Shown here one piece after another: positions 1-12,362 of a stretch of DNA of 64,000 nt. Source of the stretch: Phoronis australis (taxonomy: Eukaryota; Animalia; Phoronida). A program made the position numbers and the translations under genes. The notes below the pieces were generated by a model that was given only the letters and a program-made list of their open reading frames with translations, ran no database searches and was not told the origin of the DNA. Every line of letters starts with the position of its first letter. Within the stretch, counting starts at the first letter, position 1. The stretch lies in assembly GCA_002633005.1 (NCBI GenBank), contig NMRA01000114.1:868974-932973 (forward strand). The letters run 5' to 3'.

Positions 1-155
1 ATGGGCGGTTAACCGAGCAGTGGGCGGTTAATTGGAAATCTTCAAAAATAGCAGGGGGGCGGTTAACCGAGCAGTGGGCGGTTAAATCGAAATTCACCTA
101 AAGTAGGGGGTGGGCGGTTAACTGAGCATGGGCGTTAACCCGAACGATTACGGTA
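1..155. mobile_element. Right end of a non-autonomous DNA transposon/MITE with GGGCGGTTAAC subterminal repeats
   Basis: About six copies of GGGCG(G)TTAA(C) within 140 bp, ending in ...GATTACGGTA (TA-flanked CCGTA-type terminus). The partner end lies outside the window. Confidence 0.5.
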
Positions 156-651
156 TTATGGTTACGTATGTTTGTCATAGTGCGATCCCACAAAACCATA
201 TATAGTTCATACAACTTGTAATGGAATCAAAAGCTCATCCAACCAACTACCCCCTCTTATCGTCACCTCAGTACGCTAACATCGGCCAAGTTGCTGGCAT
301 CAGACACCAACTGAGAGGCGAGACAGTTTGGGGGTACAAGTGTCAGTTTGATGAATGCCTGCCACTCTTTGGCTAACGTAGGGTCATAAAGTTTAAGTCA
401 AAAAGGGAATTTAATCAGTATTATAGCAAATGTAGTCAAAGTTGTCTGTTAATGTCAGTTCTCATGTCGCTAAGAGGTTGTCTATAAAACGCGGAGCTCG
501 GTACCTGTTGAGCTGCCGTGTTGGTACTGGTTTGTCTATCATGTATGTGACTTCTAAAATCATAATTTTAGAATCTTTAACATTTTCAAACAAAACTTCT
601 TTGAACAAACCAAACGCCCTCAACAGTGAGAAGGGTTTACGAGATCACACT

Positions 652-727
652 ATGACAAACATAAACCATAATAATCTCAATCCCAGAAATGACAAACATA
701 AACCATAATAATAATCTCGATCCCAGA
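652..727. repeat. Short tandem duplication (~37 bp x2)
   Basis: ATGACAAACATAAACCATAATAATCTC(A/G)ATCCCAGA occurs twice in tandem. Confidence 0.8.
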
Positions 728-2092
728 TTAACGGAGCCCTATTTTAAATTTAGGTTAAAGTAAAACGAAAATTGACAACCTTTTTGATACAATTAAAAAA
801 TCAGCAAAACCAAACTCTTGCATAAAAACCAACTTTTTGAAGTTTGTACAAAATATGAATAATACATTTATTATTAGTAAAAATGGATAATTCAAAACTG
901 ATCTGAGATTTCAAGCATTTCATTTCTAAAATCATACAAAACCTCTACAAAGGTTTAAAAAACAAATACGTTTCCACAAGGCTTATGTTAAGAGTTAACA
1001 AAGATCAAAGTCAAATAAACTTGACAGCACCAGAACATAATTTGCAACACAGCCTGATGAATTTTCTTCATCTTTTGGTTATCAAACTATTTTATCTCAC
1101 TAACTTCAATAACAGTGCAGGGTACCACCTGGTGATGCAATAATTTAAAGAATCAGTCATTTAGTCAAGACAAAGTTATAACACAAGATTTTAAGACATA
1201 AAAATTTCTGGTAGAATAGTATTTTCCCATAACGTAGACGTTTGGTGAATATGCATGTGAAGCTAAATAATGGCTGTACATTATGTTTAGCATTTCAATA
1301 CCTCATACATAAATAATATGCTACCACAAGCTTTACCGGAATTGATGTCATATACTGCTGATCATTCACCTTTAACTACTATAACTTAAGCGCATGAGAC
1401 TCAATCTTCATTCATTTTTTGATGGCAACGATGCATCAGCGCGTGGTTTTGGAAAACCTCCATGAATTTCCGTGCCAAAAGAAAGTTATAAGAGAAATCA
1501 AAAACTTTTATGTATCACAGTTTGAGCATAGACCAGTTTGAAATTTCAAAATTGACGGAGAATTAGGGAATTTATTGCCTCTCCCACGAATATGACAATT
1601 TAATTGTTAGCCAACAAACAATCCCGAACCAAAGCTTTTTGGACAAAAGTAGAAAAAAGTAAGAAAAGTAAGAAAAGCTAAAGCAACCATTGCATATTGA
1701 TCTCCATGTTCCTCTTTCTACGACTGAAGGTTGAACACGTGACCAACTAATTGACGCCTTTATTTCATGCTGCTTTTCTTGGGTACCACAGTTCTTTCTG
1801 GTATCAAAGAGAAGCCGTTGTACAATTCAACAGTCCGCAAAATATAGTCAATATAGTTACCATGGTTACTGCATTTTGTTACAGTTCTGATAATGAGATG
1901 TTTCTTCTTTAAAGATTCAAGAGATACTCATCCACAAATCCTGACAAAAAAAAGAGGAAAAGTAGAAATTTTGAAAAAAAGCAGGAAGAACAGGAATATC
2001 TCTAAAAAGTAGGGAAAAGTAGGAATTTGAAAAAAGATGGAAACCTCCAAAATGTAAGAGAAATTAAAAAAATAACAAGACTTGGAAGGCAT

Positions 2093-2200
2093 GCAGTCTG
2101 AGATGCACGCGCAGCCTGAGGTGCACGCACAGTCTGAGCTGCACGCGTAGCCTGAGGTGCACGCACAGTCTGAGCTGCACGCGCAGCCTGAGCTGCACGT
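2093..2200. repeat. 18-bp minisatellite, 6 units, with 36-bp higher-order alternation
   Basis: Units RYAGYCTGAGVTGCACGY; AGTCTGAG and AGCCTGAG alternate between units. Confidence 0.9.
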
Positions 2201-3133
2201 GCTATCAGAAGGCATTGGAGAGTAACCAAGAAATGGCTTGTTAGGGCGTCACGGGAGAATTCTTCCAACGGTGGCACAGGGATGCTGACTTTAACAGCAC
2301 TTGAGTGCTCAAGTAGGTCAGACAGATTATGAAACTAATCCTGTTGATTAAAGATGTACATTGTAGGTTACAATAGGCTTAAATAGTAAGACTGGCACCC
2401 TAAAGATGTACAAAACACCTCAATACTGTCACAAATTTGCACAACATAAATACAAGCCAACACATGAAGAAGCTTAGGTTTTGGCTTTAAAGAGAATGGA
2501 GCTGGGACCTTCTGAGAGAAATTGGTTGAGGGGAAAATCTACGGCTCCCACTATACACGCCCCCAACACATTCCGCAACAGTGATTCCAACCAATGAGAG
2601 TTTTTTAACCACTGACAGAGAATTTCTAGACCAGATGAGGGAATTAGCATGCTTTTAAATATTCTTCATTGGGACATCAAGCCCTGGCTGCGTGGATACA
2701 ATTAGCACGATTTTCAAATACCGTTTAATTTTGCGATATGAAATACTGATCTTTTCATCCACATAGTAGGTTAATTACTTCAATTATGAGGGCGATCTCC
2801 CTCACCAGCTTAGGTTAATGAGCTGCAACCAGTGCATGTGACATAACGGAAACTATTCATCCTGGGTGCATAAATATGTAATAACTGCCAGATCTCTTGT
2901 GACGTCTCTCACGTTACACTCTCTAAATGATACAAAGCAGGGATAATTGTAGGACTAGACTCCCCGTACTGTGATTGGTTAACTCAGGCCGACTCTGGAT
3001 TCGTGCGTTTGGGTTTATTGAAATGCAGTGAAACGTTTCGTCCAGTTGCTACTCCGATCACCTCCCGAGGTAGCAGACAAATTTGCACACAAAAAATGTT
3101 GACCTTCTAAAAATATTGCATAACAAGTACAGA

Positions 3134-3270
3134 AAATGATAACCTAACCCATAGATTCTCCAAATGGACTACAGATGGCCTTGTAGCCATGTTTTTCTAA
3201 AATGATAACCTAACCCATAGGCCCCTCAAATGGCCCACAGATTTAAGGCCTGGAGTCATGCTTTTCTAAA
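3134..3270. repeat. Degenerate tandem duplication (~65 bp x2)
   Basis: AAAATGATAACCTAACCCATAG...CAAATGG...ACAGAT...GGCC occurs twice. Confidence 0.7.
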
Positions 3271-3690
3271 CTGATTCCCGTAAAGACAAACATATACCCA
3301 AATTCTTCAGCTGCTGATTCATAAATTTTTCGAAGTATATTTCCAATCAAAACATTGTCGAATATTGAGGTGAAAATTTTGAAATGTCGTAGTTTTGGAC
3401 TGGTGTATATCATAGCAGTGATATTAATATCAAAATAAAGCTTGTTTATTCTACTTTTCGATGCAAAACTTTACATGTTAATATTTCACGTGGCACAAAT
3501 GTTTCGTTGAGAATACTCGTGCAATAAAAATGACAACATCACTGCTGAAGTTGTCGTATGACACACTATTAACATCAACTCCACTTACACTGACTACTCT
3601 GACATTTTTGCTGAAAGATGGCGCTTTTAAAATAATATGTTGTTATGCTCTAATAAGTGGTTATTTGATCATTTGTTAATGAATGTATAC

Positions 3691-3836
3691 ACAAAACGTA
3701 CCGAGAGTGGCGTTGATGAAGTAATATCCCACGAGACATTATTCCGCATATCGACCTCAACCTTCGGTCTCGGTCGAAACGCGGAATAATGTCGAGTGGC
3801 ATATTACTTCATCTACACCAATCGGATCCGTTTTGT
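3691..3836. mobile_element. Imperfect long palindrome (foldback non-autonomous element)
   Basis: Arms ACAAAACG...GATGAAGTAATAT...GACATTATTCCGC...TCGACC and GGTCGA...GCGGAATAATGTC...ATATTACTTCATC...CGTTTTGT around a CCTTCGG loop. Confidence 0.6.
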
Positions 3837-4274
3837 ATTTATCCCATATGCATCAAATTCCTAAGTTTATTTCATTTTTTAGTCCGACTTTTCAAATACT
3901 TCACTCAGACTGTTCACTTGGCGGATCACAGCCTATTTCAACGTACTTGCAAGTTTTCTCTAGAGTAAATGTAACGATTTATTACTTGAAAAGAGATAAC
4001 AAAGATGAAAGCAACGGTAACTGTGCTTTGAACTTGTAACATCTCCTGAAAACAATTAAGCAACAAAATTTATATTGTTGTTACCGAGGAATCGGCGCCT
4101 GAGTTGCAGACGATACATTAGCAATTGAAAACTAAGACAGAACTGTCATATACCTGGTAATTAACAGTCCTGTTCCGGATGTTACGATTGAGACCTGATT
4201 GCATGTTGAGTGTTACTCACACTCTTGCAATTGCATTACTTTAAACTATTTTCCGAAACTTTGAAGATCAAACC

Positions 4275-4433
4275 CATGGGCGGATCCAGGATTTTGAGTT
4301 AGGGGGGTCAGGGCAGAGTATTAGCCAGGATTTTGCCTGCCAGACATTAGCACTCCCAAACTGCCCAATGGAATCTAGGGAGAATTTTAGGGGGGCCATG
4401 GCCCCCTTGGCCCCCCCTCTAAATCCGCCACTG
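4275..4433. mobile_element. hAT-like MITE with 5-bp TSD
   Basis: Termini CATGGGCGGAT / ATCCGCCACTG; TSD AAACC at 4270-4274 and 4434-4438; same family as 43762-45053 and 52142-52276. Confidence 0.8.
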
Positions 4434-5101
4434 AAACCAGCTATCGAGGTCGAGTCAACATTGACCTACCTTTTGAACTTTCCATGTCAGAGGTCGCTGA
4501 TGAAGTAGTGCGAGAGGTGAATACCGAAAACATTATTACATGGCTGTATTTCCCTCGACTGATTCAATGTGTATGGGATAAACGACCATTTGAACATGAA
4601 ATAGGCACGAGGAACAAGTTAGACTAGTGCCAATAGCCAATACACACAGATAACAATGGTGAACTGTTGTCCACAGAGATATATTTTCAATTGTGAAACA
4701 AGGATCTGTAGTCAATTTCAGAAGTCTTTTATAAAGATTAAATTAATGCCTAGGAACACTTAGAACTACACATCCTGTTTCTATTGTTGATGTCAAACAA
4801 AGGGGATCGGGCACCCGCCTGGTATATTTCATCAACCAACAGCTACTGCTGGGAGCTGGTGCTAACTTCGCTTACAAGGTGGAACTTTTGGTCTTCTGAG
4901 TGTTGAATTTTTTACAAATTACACAAAGAATGAATGGTGGCCAATATTTATTCAACAGAAAATACATTCACAACTTTAATACAGTCTGTCTGGAAACTTT
5001 CAATTTATTTCCTCTGTTATTTACAATTTTATGGAAAATGTTTGACTCCTATTTCAAGTTTTTTTAAAAACTTTTATGCTCAAGTTCGCATTTTCCAATA
5101 C

Positions 5102-5434
5102 TTGCATAATAACATGCTTTATTTTGTATGATATGTGGTGCCACTAACCAAAATTGAAAAAGTATCCACGTTGTTATAAAAAGTATTATTTTGTTGTAAC
5201 GGCTGACGATGATTTTCCTACGGCTCCAACCACTATGAGGTTTCCTAGTGGCATTTTTTGCATTCATAACTGTATCTCCTAAATCTTCTCCATAATCTGT
5301 ATTGTAAGGTTTGGACATTTTGTATTCTTCTGCACAGTCTCGGATGCGTATGTGTAAAGAGCACATACAGATTATCATTCAGCATTTATTCTAGAACGGC
5401 CCTTGTCCATCCGAGGGGAAAAGTGCTGTGCTTT
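5102..5434 (-). CDS. Candidate exon of an unidentified gene (small protein with one hydrophobic segment)
   Basis: Acceptor TTCCCCTTTCAG ends at 5435; AAAATG start at 5318; MSKPYNTDY...SRRKIIVSRYNKIILFITTWILFQFWLVAPH...; GT donor at 5101. No recognisable family. Confidence 0.3.
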
Positions 5435-5530
5435 CTGAAAGGGGAATATTTTGGGGTGAGGGGAAAATACTACCTTCCGATCACTAGCATTAGCACCACC
5501 CCACCATGTGGCAAGCCCTCATAGGCGCGG

Positions 5531-5649
5531 CACTGGTCGGATATAGCAGTTCCTGACTTGGAGAACAAGGTTTCATTCACTAAATAATGGGCCCGTTATT
5601 CAGTGATTGCCTGGTTCTCTAAATCAGGGACCACTATATCCGACCAATG
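5531..5649. mobile_element. Palindromic MITE (copy 1)
   Basis: CACTGGTCGGATATAG...CTATATCCGACCAATG hairpin; second copy at 11247-11364. Confidence 0.75.
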
Positions 5650-6193
5650 CCATAGGCTCTGCCTCAATTAAGTAGCCAAAACTAACATTTTGTGCTCATT
5701 AAAACTGTCGCCTGAGTGAGTTAGTGATTCGAACCTTGAGGGGAATTTTTCAACCACATGAGGGGTTTTCTTGGGGATCATGAAGGAAATTTCGTGTGAT
5801 TTTTTATTATTTTTCAGGGGGGATGGGGCCGATATTTGGCCCCAAAATTGAGGGATTGAGGGCCCTGGCTAGGCTGGGTCGGCGAATCTGTCCACAGATT
5901 GGAGAATTAATTCTCAAAAAATTATTTATAAATCAATTACCCAATTCATTCCGTAGGAACCATTGCATATCCAGTGAATGACTGATTAGCTATCTCAGTA
6001 TCTCGACCACAGACTCTTGTAATTAAGTCGGACTTAACCGAATTACAAGAACACAGTTCAGAACAGTAAGAAACAAGAAAAATGCATACCTTTAATGAGC
6101 AGTCACATACTAAGCGTATTAAAGGTTACGATCTACATGACGAAAGATTGCTTATTGACCTCGTATCTTATAATGCTCAAAGTAAAAATTTAC

Positions 6194-6260
6194 GAACTCG
6201 TCCTTCGAGACGTCCAGAAATCCCAAAATGGCGGTCCTTAGCTTGACGTCACCACGGGCA
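6194..6260 (-). promoter_or_regulatory. Promoter-like segment with a possible non-coding first exon
   Basis: Perfect CRE TGACGTCA at 6244-6251, YY1-type AAAATGGCGG at about 6224-6233, local CpG enrichment, and a minus-strand GTAAAT donor at 6193. Confidence 0.35.
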
Positions 6261-6951
6261 ACTCTGAAAGCAAATGTTTACAAATAGCAGACGCCGCGAC
6301 ATCTTTTGAATGGAACAATAAACAATACGTCGTCTGGATTTAGTCAGTGCGATGACATGGGACCCCGGGCAGGACAGTCAAAATACCGCAGGCCCGTGGG
6401 CACAGCATCACTTTTGAGAAAGACAAATTGCACATGCTTAATATGACGGTGTTTGAGCTAATCACCTAAAAAGCGAAATCGGTGACCTTTAACTTTTTTA
6501 TTCTCATTTCATAGAAAACAATGCCGGAATTAAAGTAAAACGCAATCTAAAAGTCAAAAGTTCAATGGTGTAACTTTTGTGTAGAAATCAAAATGTTAAG
6601 ATTTGGGTTACTCAAAATTTCGGAAAAAATTACTTACGCCAACGCAAGAAAACCACTTGCAGATTTGTAGTTAGCAAATAAAAAATATTAAAATTATTAT
6701 AAAACTTTAAAAAGTACAACGATCAATGAAAACTGTTTCGAAACCCATATTGGAGAAAATATATTGTTTGCATAGACGGAGAGAATCACATAATATCCTT
6801 TAACCACAATTTTCTACCCCTTCCAATAGATTCCTGGCTGTGGGCATTGCGCTTTCATCTTAATGTCGACGGTTTTCTTTTTTTGTTTCATACATGCCAT
6901 ACAAGTGTAACGCAGAGTAAACACCCATTCTCAACCCAATGACTCTCAAAA

Positions 6952-7207
6952 GGAGGCAATGTGGTCTAGTGTGATAAGTACCCGCTTTCTTTACTCGAGG
7001 TCGTGCGTTCGAGTCTCGCTGGGTCAAACTGCTAGACCCTTGAATCGGATTTCTAGCTGCCCAGCGCCGTTTTAACTATACACAGCAAAGTATATAATAA
7101 AGCACAAAAATAGTTCCAGGTGATCAGTGCAATGGGCCAACATGCGCGGGCTGCGCACGTCTGGTACAACGTGTACCAGACTGCCAGAAATTATTTTTAT
7201 ATTTAAT
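6952..7207 (+). mobile_element. tRNA-derived SINE (copy 1)
   Basis: A-box TGGTCTAGTG, B-box GTTCGAGTC, body shared with 18415-18657, ATT/T-rich tail, degenerate TSD AATGACTCTCAAA/AATGACCCTAAGA. Confidence 0.8.
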
Positions 7208-9466
7208 AATGACCCTAAGAAACTTCTGTAAATCGGCCGTCGTTATAGAATTATACCTCACCGTCGGTAACATCTGTTGACTTTGCCCACTTGCCAATAG
7301 TCTCTTAATAGGTATTTTGGTGGTCATATCAGAGTTAATTTAATGTCTTGGTGGTCAAACTAATTAAGCGTTTCATTTGCGCCAAACTCTACAAAATGAA
7401 ATTTCACGACGGGTTTGGTATTTTGCGCCTGGCATCTAGTCAACTAATTCAATAAATACTGGAATTCAATGTCAGTTTGTTTAGATATGAATTTGAAACA
7501 AATTGAACCACATAGTAAGTGGCCTAAGTCAAAGGTCAGTTTCTTTGATAGGACACGGGTTTATAGCGGCTATTTTGCTATTATTAATTACCTTTATACG
7601 ATAAATCTTAACCTTAGTCACAAACTACATCGGTCTCCTTTTCAGTCATCAATCCAACGATCATAAAACTTGATCTCAAAATGCGCTCAGGTAAAGTCGT
7701 CAGCCGTTCACGTCACACAGTGACAAATTCTTCCGACTAAATCACTGACTATAAAATTACCCTCCAAAAAATAAACGTAGGTTTTTGTTAGTTAGTTTAT
7801 TTAATAATATACATACTTATAATAATAGATACAATAACAATTACAAAGTACAAGACAAGAAGTTTGAAAAATAATCTTGTACTGTACATTATCTGGATAA
7901 AACCAAAAAGTTAAAAACTTAATTTTTATGGTGATCTATACACAAATTAAAAAATCAAAGAAAATAAATATTACGAATAAATAATAAATTGTGAATAGTT
8001 ATAGGCCTACAGAAGGAATGAGAGATGTGAGAAAAGTAGCCATTGATGAAAATGAGCTGAAAAGGACTGTAGGATGAAATGACGTGATAGAGGACAAATA
8101 AATAGATTAGACAACGAACGAACGCCGGAGGAACGAAGGCAGGGAAGGAGGAAGGAAAAAATAAACAAAAGCAAACATGTTTCACTCAAATGTGCGTGTA
8201 AGTAAGATATTTTTGAAGATTTGTTGTATGATCACTTGTGAGGGTCTATCCCTAAAAATGAAGAACACACTTTTAAAGTTTCAATCTAAAATTGCCGTCA
8301 GTGGATTGTGAACCTGCATTTTCCGAAGTTTTGGCCGGTCGTTTTCATCAATGAAACCGTTCTCTCACCGCAGGACAAAAATTCTTGATCAAACTGTTAG
8401 GAATTTCCACTGACCACATTCGCTTGTGTAAGTGGAAGCACATTTTCACTGCTATTGCGGGGCGATTGAATCGGGCTGGGAATCCTCAGGACCCTGAGTC
8501 ACCCGCAACTGAAGTACATATAATGAGAATCGATCAGTGTTCGGTCTGCAAGAGACCAGTACCCAATTTCTTGGAAATTAGAAGCACAATAAGTGTGGTG
8601 CATTTTATTTTTCCACTGAGCTATTTGGAAATAAAAAATTGACCTGACTCAGGCTGTACCGCAGCCAGTGCACCTGGACTGCAAACATTGAGGTTCTTCA
8701 AGTTAGTTGAGCGGGACCCGAGCGGGAGATTGCACCATACATCAGTGCGCATTCCCTTACATCAGGTGGTGCTTTATGCCCAATGCCTCGACATTACATG
8801 CATTTGCCCGCTCCGGCCTACCGAAAGACAACAAAGGCCGTGTGGGTACACTGTGCGGCCCAACTTCAGTTCACTGGTCGCCTTTTTCCGCGGCTGTGCC
8901 TGCCGGATAACATTTTATTTCTTTCCATAATTTAACCTCAAGATCTAGCCTTATTTGTTCACACTGGCTTAGTTATATGTTGGTCGAAAACATAAAACCT
9001 GTTGGCGTCAAGACATGCTTTCATGTAGTAGATCAACCACGCCTATTTCGCATCTGGTACCCGAAGTATTTGTTTCGTTACCTTCTCATCCAACCGTGGC
9101 TTTTAACATGCAAAAAATTCTTTCAGAAGCAATAGAATATACGGTACACTTGCACGTTCTGACAATACGTGTGCATCAATGAACTTTATTTCATTGGGGG
9201 TAGCTTACATAATCCATGGTATGTACTTGACAATGTTCGTGGCCTGAGATAGCCTGTACTTCCGTTTAGTTGGCGAGTGAGAAAAGACAAGAGAAGAATC
9301 TGAAGTGAGAGGTGCGCCGAGATGTCGAATAATTAGCTAATGTTAGGCGTCTATTCGAAGACAAATTTATCGTGCAATCATAGAGTAATAGTCAAGAATC
9401 TATGATGTATTGATCGTCCCTTATTTGAGTTGGTCAAGTACGAGTCGGATAAAATCTTTGACTTTT

Positions 9467-11210
9467 CAGGGCTCGACGCTATTAAAATCCCAGGTCGCAT
9501 TTTCAAAATCCAGCTCGCATTCGTACATGCCAGGTCGAAAAATTTTCCCACCATTTTTATGCGCCCAAATTGATTTTTTAGATCATCGAGAAAATGTTTA
9601 GATTATGTTCTTACCTGCAGTGTGCCGTTAAATAGTCACAAATTTCGGATCGCAAAATTGACTTCATTCATGCAGGTATGGCCCTACTGTTCTTCATGAT
9701 CACCATTGAAAGGCTCTACAGCGCAAGGCAAGTTGCCGATGTGAAAGTTGAATCAGTGCTCTCTAACTGACATGTGCATTCGAGAGCTAAATTTGCGATG
9801 TGAAAAGGGAGAAAATGCCCATTGAAAAAGTATCTGGGATTTTGCTAGGTCTGGCCTGCTACTGGCTGTCATCAAAGTCGTTAATGATTCAAACTAACTT
9901 GGTGTGTAAATTCCCTCCACTTTTTCTTCACATTCCAAATTTTGCAATTTAACTCGACGTTTGAAAAACATCTATTGAAAAAAAAATCCGTGAAACGATG
10001 CCCTAACCGAATGACTTATTTGGATGCGCGGGAACAATTCAGTGCAAATTTCACAACAAAAATGTGGTAATTATGCTGTTTACGTACTCAACAATTAGTT
10101 TTCCATGAAATGAATAGCCTCGTGGGGGGGGGGGTGTATAAAGAGAAGAATGAAAAGTTTGCTAACTACAATTTCACATCTAGCCCAGTTTAGTTGCAAT
10201 AGCTGGCTACGGGCATAGAATACAGGGTTTACAGAATATCAACTTCGGGAAACATCGGAACAGGAAAATATCAGTTCTGGGTTATATTGGTTCCGGGACA
10301 TCTGGTCTGGGAATCTGAGTTTATTTTCAAATAAACCCAGAGCCAAGCCGGTATACTCTGTCGCTGTTCTCTATTAATGTGCAGCTTTGAAGTGGTGCGC
10401 ACGTGTGAGTTCATGCACTTGAAACGCTGGAGTAGGCCTACACTTTACGTTGGCAACAATGTGTGAAAGACAAATCATATTTCGCGGACGTAGCCCCAGA
10501 AACAAGTAAAGGGTTTGAGAATTTCTTGGCAATTGAAAGTAAAGACGTGACCGTCGTTTGGAGATTAATAAGGTTGTCATTTTCACTTTGGCTGTCTTGT
10601 ACGATAAAAACGAGAAGCACATCTCTAAGTCACGATTGTCTGCCGGGACCGCTTGCGCGCTAACAACGGTGCTGGAGTACGATATTAGGGATATTGTGGA
10701 TATTTGATATATGTAATAAGGACATCTTATGTGAAAAATAATAAACATATTTGTCCACCACTAAGTTTGGTAAGTTGATCGCTTAAGAATTAGTAGAAAC
10801 ACCGTTGTTTGGTGACGTTTTATCAAGTGTTGTGCAGTGGCCCGAAACTTTCTTCGGCGAATCTAGAAATTTGCAAAAGTGGCCGAAAGTGTTAGCCAAT
10901 GAAATGGCATCAAAGATTGATTCTTCATATCCCATGTTCACACGACTTGCTCACAAGTCATCGGAAGGGCTGTTTTCGGTTAGTGTTCTTTTGAACTTGG
11001 ATTTTTTCAACAACCAAATAACGGTCGGATTAACAAGAGTTGCTAAATGTATTTGCCAGGTATCTGTCGAGAAGTGTAAAAACTCATCTCGCATTCGTTG
11101 GAAATTCCAGGTCACATTTTGTGACTTGACACGAGCTGACAAAAATCTCAGCTCGCATTTACAAATTTCAGGTCGCAAATGTGACCTGCAGCTCGTTATG
11201 TTGATCCCTG
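9467..11210. mobile_element. Non-autonomous hAT-like element with 5-bp TSD
   Basis: Termini CAGGGCTCGACGCTA / TATGTTGATCCCTG; CTTTT on both flanks (9462-9466, 11211-11215); subterminal CAGGTCGCA/CAGCTCGCA repeats near both ends. Confidence 0.55.
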
Positions 11211-11246
11211 CTTTTGACCGAGTAATTCTGAGTTTGACATTGAGTG

Positions 11247-11364
11247 TACTGGTCGGATATAGCGGCCCCTGATTTAGAGTACCAGGCAATTATTGACTAA
11301 AGGGCCTCTTACATAGTAGATGAAACTAGTTCTCCAAATCAGGGACCTCTAGATCCAACCAGTG
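11247..11364. mobile_element. Palindromic MITE (copy 2)
   Basis: ACTGGTCGGATATAG...CTAGATCCAACCAGT; homologous to 5531-5649. Confidence 0.75.
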
Positions 11365-11520
11365 TGGACTTTGAGTTAAGTTGTGCAGTGTTTACTGTTT
11401 AGGTGTGTCTAAACTTTATCCTTTGCCTTAGCTTTGCTTTATTTTAACAAACTTAGGTAGGCAATGGATATCCTGTGTGAATGCTGAAGGCACTGCCCCA
11501 TAAGGCAGTGTTGGTGGACC

Positions 11521-11676
11521 CAGTGCTGTAGTGGGGCGTAGGCGCACGTAGGTGCAGCCAACCACCTTGTGGCATTGGAACGTAGCCCCTATGCACCGTA
11601 AGTTACGTCCAGTGCTCAAGGTGATACGGTGGGCTTTGGGCGCCTACGTACCTCTAATTTTACCACTACAGCACTG
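11521..11676. mobile_element. hAT MITE with 8-bp TSD (copy 1)
   Basis: TIR CAGTGCTGTAGTGG / CCACTACAGCACTG; TSD GGTGGACC/GATGGACC; copies at 20025-20183 and 59517-59656. Confidence 0.85.
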
Positions 11677-12362
11677 GATGGACCAGCTACTTTGAAGTGC
11701 CCCTTGATGTCAACGACTTGTCTAGTTGTGGTTTAGACAGTCGCCGTCTGGACTGGGGTGGCCATCCCATAAGCCAGAAAGTTTTTGACATATTATGATT
11801 CACACTTGCTAAACCATCAAATCACGTTGCTACAGGTTCCTTTTGAGCCAAGAAAGGGTCCTTTGGAGGCTGTCAATGTCTTTAATTCCTTCCAACGCAA
11901 AATGCTTTGGTAATTAAGAGCAATTCCATATAAAAACCAGATGGTGGGCTATATATGCAAAATCGCCGTTTTTTTTAAACTTAGTACATCAGCTGGCCTT
12001 GTCAAAAGAAACCTGAGCTTGATTTTTTAAGAGTTTCTGAGTTTTTAACCCTTTTTACGACCACTTTGTGTACTTTTTCTGAAAAATAGCAAATAAAAGT
12101 ACTGGGAAGTAGGTGACTTTGTCTGCAACAACACATCATCGCTTCACACTATTGAAAAAATTACTATATAGCAGAAAGAAGAAAGAATAACATACAAGAA
12201 AAATTAGTTTGGATGGATTTATTGATTTTTTATGTCCTCCCATTTTAGCCTACAAAAATGTCAGTTTCACTGCTTATTAAGGCCATATTTATGCATTTTT
12301 ATCGCTCTCCCAAATCTATATCGGATATTTCGCCAAGTATGTTGGTCTGACATCAATTTTTT

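Noticed and set aside
780-1340. Possible ancient LINE ORF2 C-terminus on the minus strand
   Set aside because: Only compositional resemblance; no diagnostic motif could be read.
2093-2200. CRISPR-like repeat array
   Set aside because: Units are contiguous with no unique spacers, and the context is eukaryotic with no cas genes.
6952-7030. tRNA gene
   Set aside because: A and B boxes are present but I could not fold a convincing cloverleaf; it continues into a shared body with TSDs, so it is a SINE head.
7790-8930. LINE 3' tail plus a possible SWIM-finger transposon relic, or host exons
   Set aside because: Minus-strand AGAGKC..H-like pieces are too broken to call, and the plus-strand ORFs have no homology signal or clean splice pattern.
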